Origin: a bacterium
GTDB taxonomy: Bacteria > SZUA-182 > DTGQ01 > JAFGSM01
Assembly (NCBI GenBank): GCA_049472335.1
Contig: JBLIRO010000081.1
Coordinates: 1 to 19,970 of the forward strand
Length of the DNA: 19,970 bases
Direction of reading: 5' to 3'
Shown here: positions 17,663 to 19,970 of the stretch, in pieces
Layout: every line of letters begins with the position of its first letter
Position numbering within the stretch: position 1 is the stretch's first letter
The notes under the pieces: model-generated
What the model was told of the DNA's origin: nothing
The model's input: the letters and a program-made list of their open reading frames with translations, nothing else
Database searches by the model: none
Program-made: the position numbers and the translations under genes

Positions 17663-19480
17663 GTGAAAAGATATTTACCTGTCTCTTTATTTTTACTTTT
17701 TATAATATTAGCCCTGCTAACGGTTTTAACTGCTATTGTTCAGTTTAAAAAAACTATGGCTCAAGCAGGAATGGTTGAGATTAATTTGGAAAACTCTAAA
17801 ACAATAAGCATACCGGAAGGGATTGTGGCTGTCCCTTGTGAGCAAATAACTGTTCCGGCAGATGTCGATAATGCGGCAGACATTGCAGCTATGGACCTTG
17901 AAATAGCCTTTGATCCTAACATCTTACAACTGGTTGATAAGGATATGGAAAATAGTATGAAATTCAGGATTGAAGCCATAGGAAATACAACAGCAAAAAA
18001 GGTTACGTCTTGTACTTTTTATGTTGCTACAGATGGCAGTGATTCTTCAGGTGATGGTTCAATTGGAAATCCATGGGCCACAATCCAGAAGGCGGCTGAT
18101 AATGTCAGTGCCGGTGATACAGTAATGATCAGGGAGGGGATATACCGTCCTAATCCAAATATCTTTATTCCTGCTTCCGGCACATCAGGCAACAAGATTA
18201 CCTTTAGAGCATATCCTGGCGAGACTGTTATCATAGATGGCGAGAATTGCTATAATTCCCCGGGCCCGGATGGCAGAGGCTTTCATGGGATTATTACCAT
18301 TCAGGGAAAAGATTATATCCGTCTGGAAAATCTTACTTTTAGAAATAATGATTATGGCTGGTGCGTGCTGATTGAACATAAAATAGCAGACAGCACTGAT
18401 CCTGCAAGTCATATTGAGCTAGTTAACCTGGACTGCAGTAATACGCCCGTTAGTGAAGGTATTCAGATTCGTGGTCACTCTACCAACATTGTGATTGATA
18501 ATTGTAAGGTTCATGATATCAGAAGTGGTCTTTCCGGGATCGATATCTATATGTGGGGTTCTAACAAAGGTACACCCAGCGGTGAAGATCCGGGTCGGCC
18601 TTCATATATTGAGGTTAAAAACTGTCATGTATATAATATCTTCGGTGGAAGCCCCGGTGCTGGAATTGGAAGTGAACAGGCAGATAACCTGCATGTTCAT
18701 AATAATACTACTCATAATTGCTCGATAGGCCTGGATATCGGTTCAGGTGATAATAATGATGTACATCATAATACAATATATAATTGTGCCAATGGTGGTA
18801 TCTATATCAGTTCAAATGAAGACTCTATAATTTATAATAATGAGATATATAATATCAATAATGAATATGCATTATGTGCTTACTACTGGATTGCTAATGG
18901 TGAAGCTCATGCCCGCAATAGATTTTATAATAATATAATTCATGATTCGAAAGGTGCTATCTGGTCATCAGATGAAAAGAAGATTGGTATAAGTGGCTCA
19001 GGACCTGCTTCAGATATGATGTACTATAATAACCTTATCTATAATATAGGTACCAGGGTAGCAACCATCTTAATTAATGGTGTGGATCGTCTTGAGTTTT
19101 ACAACAATACAATAATTTCAGGAAAAATGAACAGTTGTGATGTAATAAGGCTTCAGTATGATGCGGATAATGCTGTATTCTACAATAATATTATCAGTAT
19201 GGAAGGTTCAAAGGAGGTATTCTCTATTCAACCAGGCTGCAATGATTATAACATAGATTACAACTGCTACTTTGATCGGACTGAGGTTATGACCGGACAA
19301 CCCGGGAAAAATTCACTTCAGGATAAAGATCCTGAGTTTACAGATACTGCCACCCATGATTATTCACTTAAGAGTACATCTGTCTGCCGTGATGCAGCTA
19401 CTGACCTTTCAGCCCGGTTCACTACTGATATAAAAGGGAAAACCAGAAGTGCCTGGGATATGGGAGCATATGAGTATTAA
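17663..19480 (+). CDS. Secreted right-handed parallel beta-helix protein with partial cohesin-like N-terminus
   Basis: Signal peptide; FYVATDGSDSSGDGSIGNPWATIQKA and GDTVMIREGIY (DUF1565-type start); many Asn-ladder repeats (YNNIIH, YNNLIY, YNNTII); choice-of-anchor-Q-like end DPEF…DMGAYEY. Confidence 0.85.
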   Translation: MKRYLPVSLFLLFIILALLTVLTAIVQFKKTMAQAGMVEINLENSKTISIPEGIVAVPCEQITVPADVDNAADIAAMDLEIAFDPNILQLVDKDMENSMKFRIEAIGNTTAKKVTSCTFYVATDGSDSSGDGSIGNPWATIQKAADNVSAGDTVMIREGIYRPNPNIFIPASGTSGNKITFRAYPGETVIIDGENCYNSPGPDGRGFHGIITIQGKDYIRLENLTFRNNDYGWCVLIEHKIADSTDPASHIELVNLDCSNTPVSEGIQIRGHSTNIVIDNCKVHDIRSGLSGIDIYMWGSNKGTPSGEDPGRPSYIEVKNCHVYNIFGGSPGAGIGSEQADNLHVHNNTTHNCSIGLDIGSGDNNDVHHNTIYNCANGGIYISSNEDSIIYNNEIYNINNEYALCAYYWIANGEAHARNRFYNNIIHDSKGAIWSSDEKKIGISGSGPASDMMYYNNLIYNIGTRVATILINGVDRLEFYNNTIISGKMNSCDVIRLQYDADNAVFYNNIISMEGSKEVFSIQPGCNDYNIDYNCYFDRTEVMTGQPGKNSLQDKDPEFTDTATHDYSLKSTSVCRDAATDLSARFTTDIKGKTRSAWDMGAYEY

Positions 19481-19579
19481 GAAAGTAAGCCTTCTTTCCG
19501 TCCTTAAGCTGGAAAATGAAAAACGAAATAATATAGAAAAAATCTCTGTTTATCTTATATTTTGCCGACTCTTCATATC

Positions 19580-19731
19580 CCAGGATAATCCTGTCTATAA
19601 TTTTCAGGGATTTCGAAGCCAAATGTGCATAAGGAAAATTATATCTAGAGATTTATGCCCCAATAATTCTTTAATGTGATCAGATCAACTTCAGCCATTA
19701 CAAGATGACTAACGAATGTGTGGTGAAGGTC
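19580..19731 (-). pseudogene. Frameshifted C-terminal remnant of a tyrosine recombinase / phage integrase
   Basis: Minus strand reads DLHHTFVSHLVMAEVDLI(T)/IKELLGHKSLDIIF/YAHLASKSLK across two 1-nt deletions, matching box II consensus HDLRHTFASHL.MAGVDL.TVKELLGH….T.RYAHL. Confidence 0.88.
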
Positions 19732-19970
19732 TATCAAAATTAGGAATGTTTCCAAATTTTGACTCTTTTTGTGGAATTGGAATCAAAAAAATATCATTAC
19801 AAAATTAATTGATCTAGGTTTTGGAATAAAAAAATATTAGGAATACAATAAGTAAATAAATATAATTATAATATATATTTTTATTGTATATTTCCCTAAT
19901 TCCGAGATCAAACTTAAATTGAAGGGGATATAAAATAGAAAAAACCTTGCTGGTAGGGTAAAATAAGGCA

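Noticed and set aside
406..18728. Many short ORFs antisense or out of frame within long genes (e.g. 1180-1659, 4605-4982, 7083-7487, 13714-13899)
   Set aside because: They overlap well-supported genes and show no recognisable motifs; treated as shadow ORFs.
19422..19679. ORFs 19422-19622 (-) and 19449-19679 (+) as genes
   Set aside because: The minus ORF is the tail of the frameshifted integrase remnant and the plus ORF is its antisense shadow.
1..19970. CRISPR array, rRNA, known riboswitch or reverse transcriptase system
   Set aside because: No regularly spaced repeats or diagnostic motifs were seen by eye.

Overview
Chromosomal window from an AT-rich, probably anaerobic Gram-negative bacterium (inferred from a PEP-CTERM protein, a class III cytochrome c and sigma54-type promoters; exact taxon not determinable). 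Bases 1-14.8 kb are mostly housekeeping genes: rnr, rarA/mgsA, a nitroreductase, a FabG-like SDR, and miaB followed by DUF151, VanZ, HhH-GPD glycosylase and HAD hydrolase genes. Secreted proteins are interspersed: a PEP-CTERM protein, a tetraheme cytochrome c3, an octaheme cytochrome with a ~210-aa almost uncharged S/N/Y/P/G/Q-rich N-terminal region, a second protein with a similar region, and a lipoprotein. Three of these have GG-N10-GC sigma54 motifs upstream. From 15.2 kb, tRNA-Val(CAC) is an integration site. A 49-bp exact duplication of its 3' part bounds a 1.7-kb integrase-less mini-island with IHF-consensus sites at both inner edges, an IS remnant and a putative DUF2283-type toxin-antitoxin pair. 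Beyond it lie a possible Phd antitoxin fragment, a secreted beta-helix protein with a truncated cohesin-like domain, and a frameshifted tyrosine-integrase remnant that the ORF track misses.
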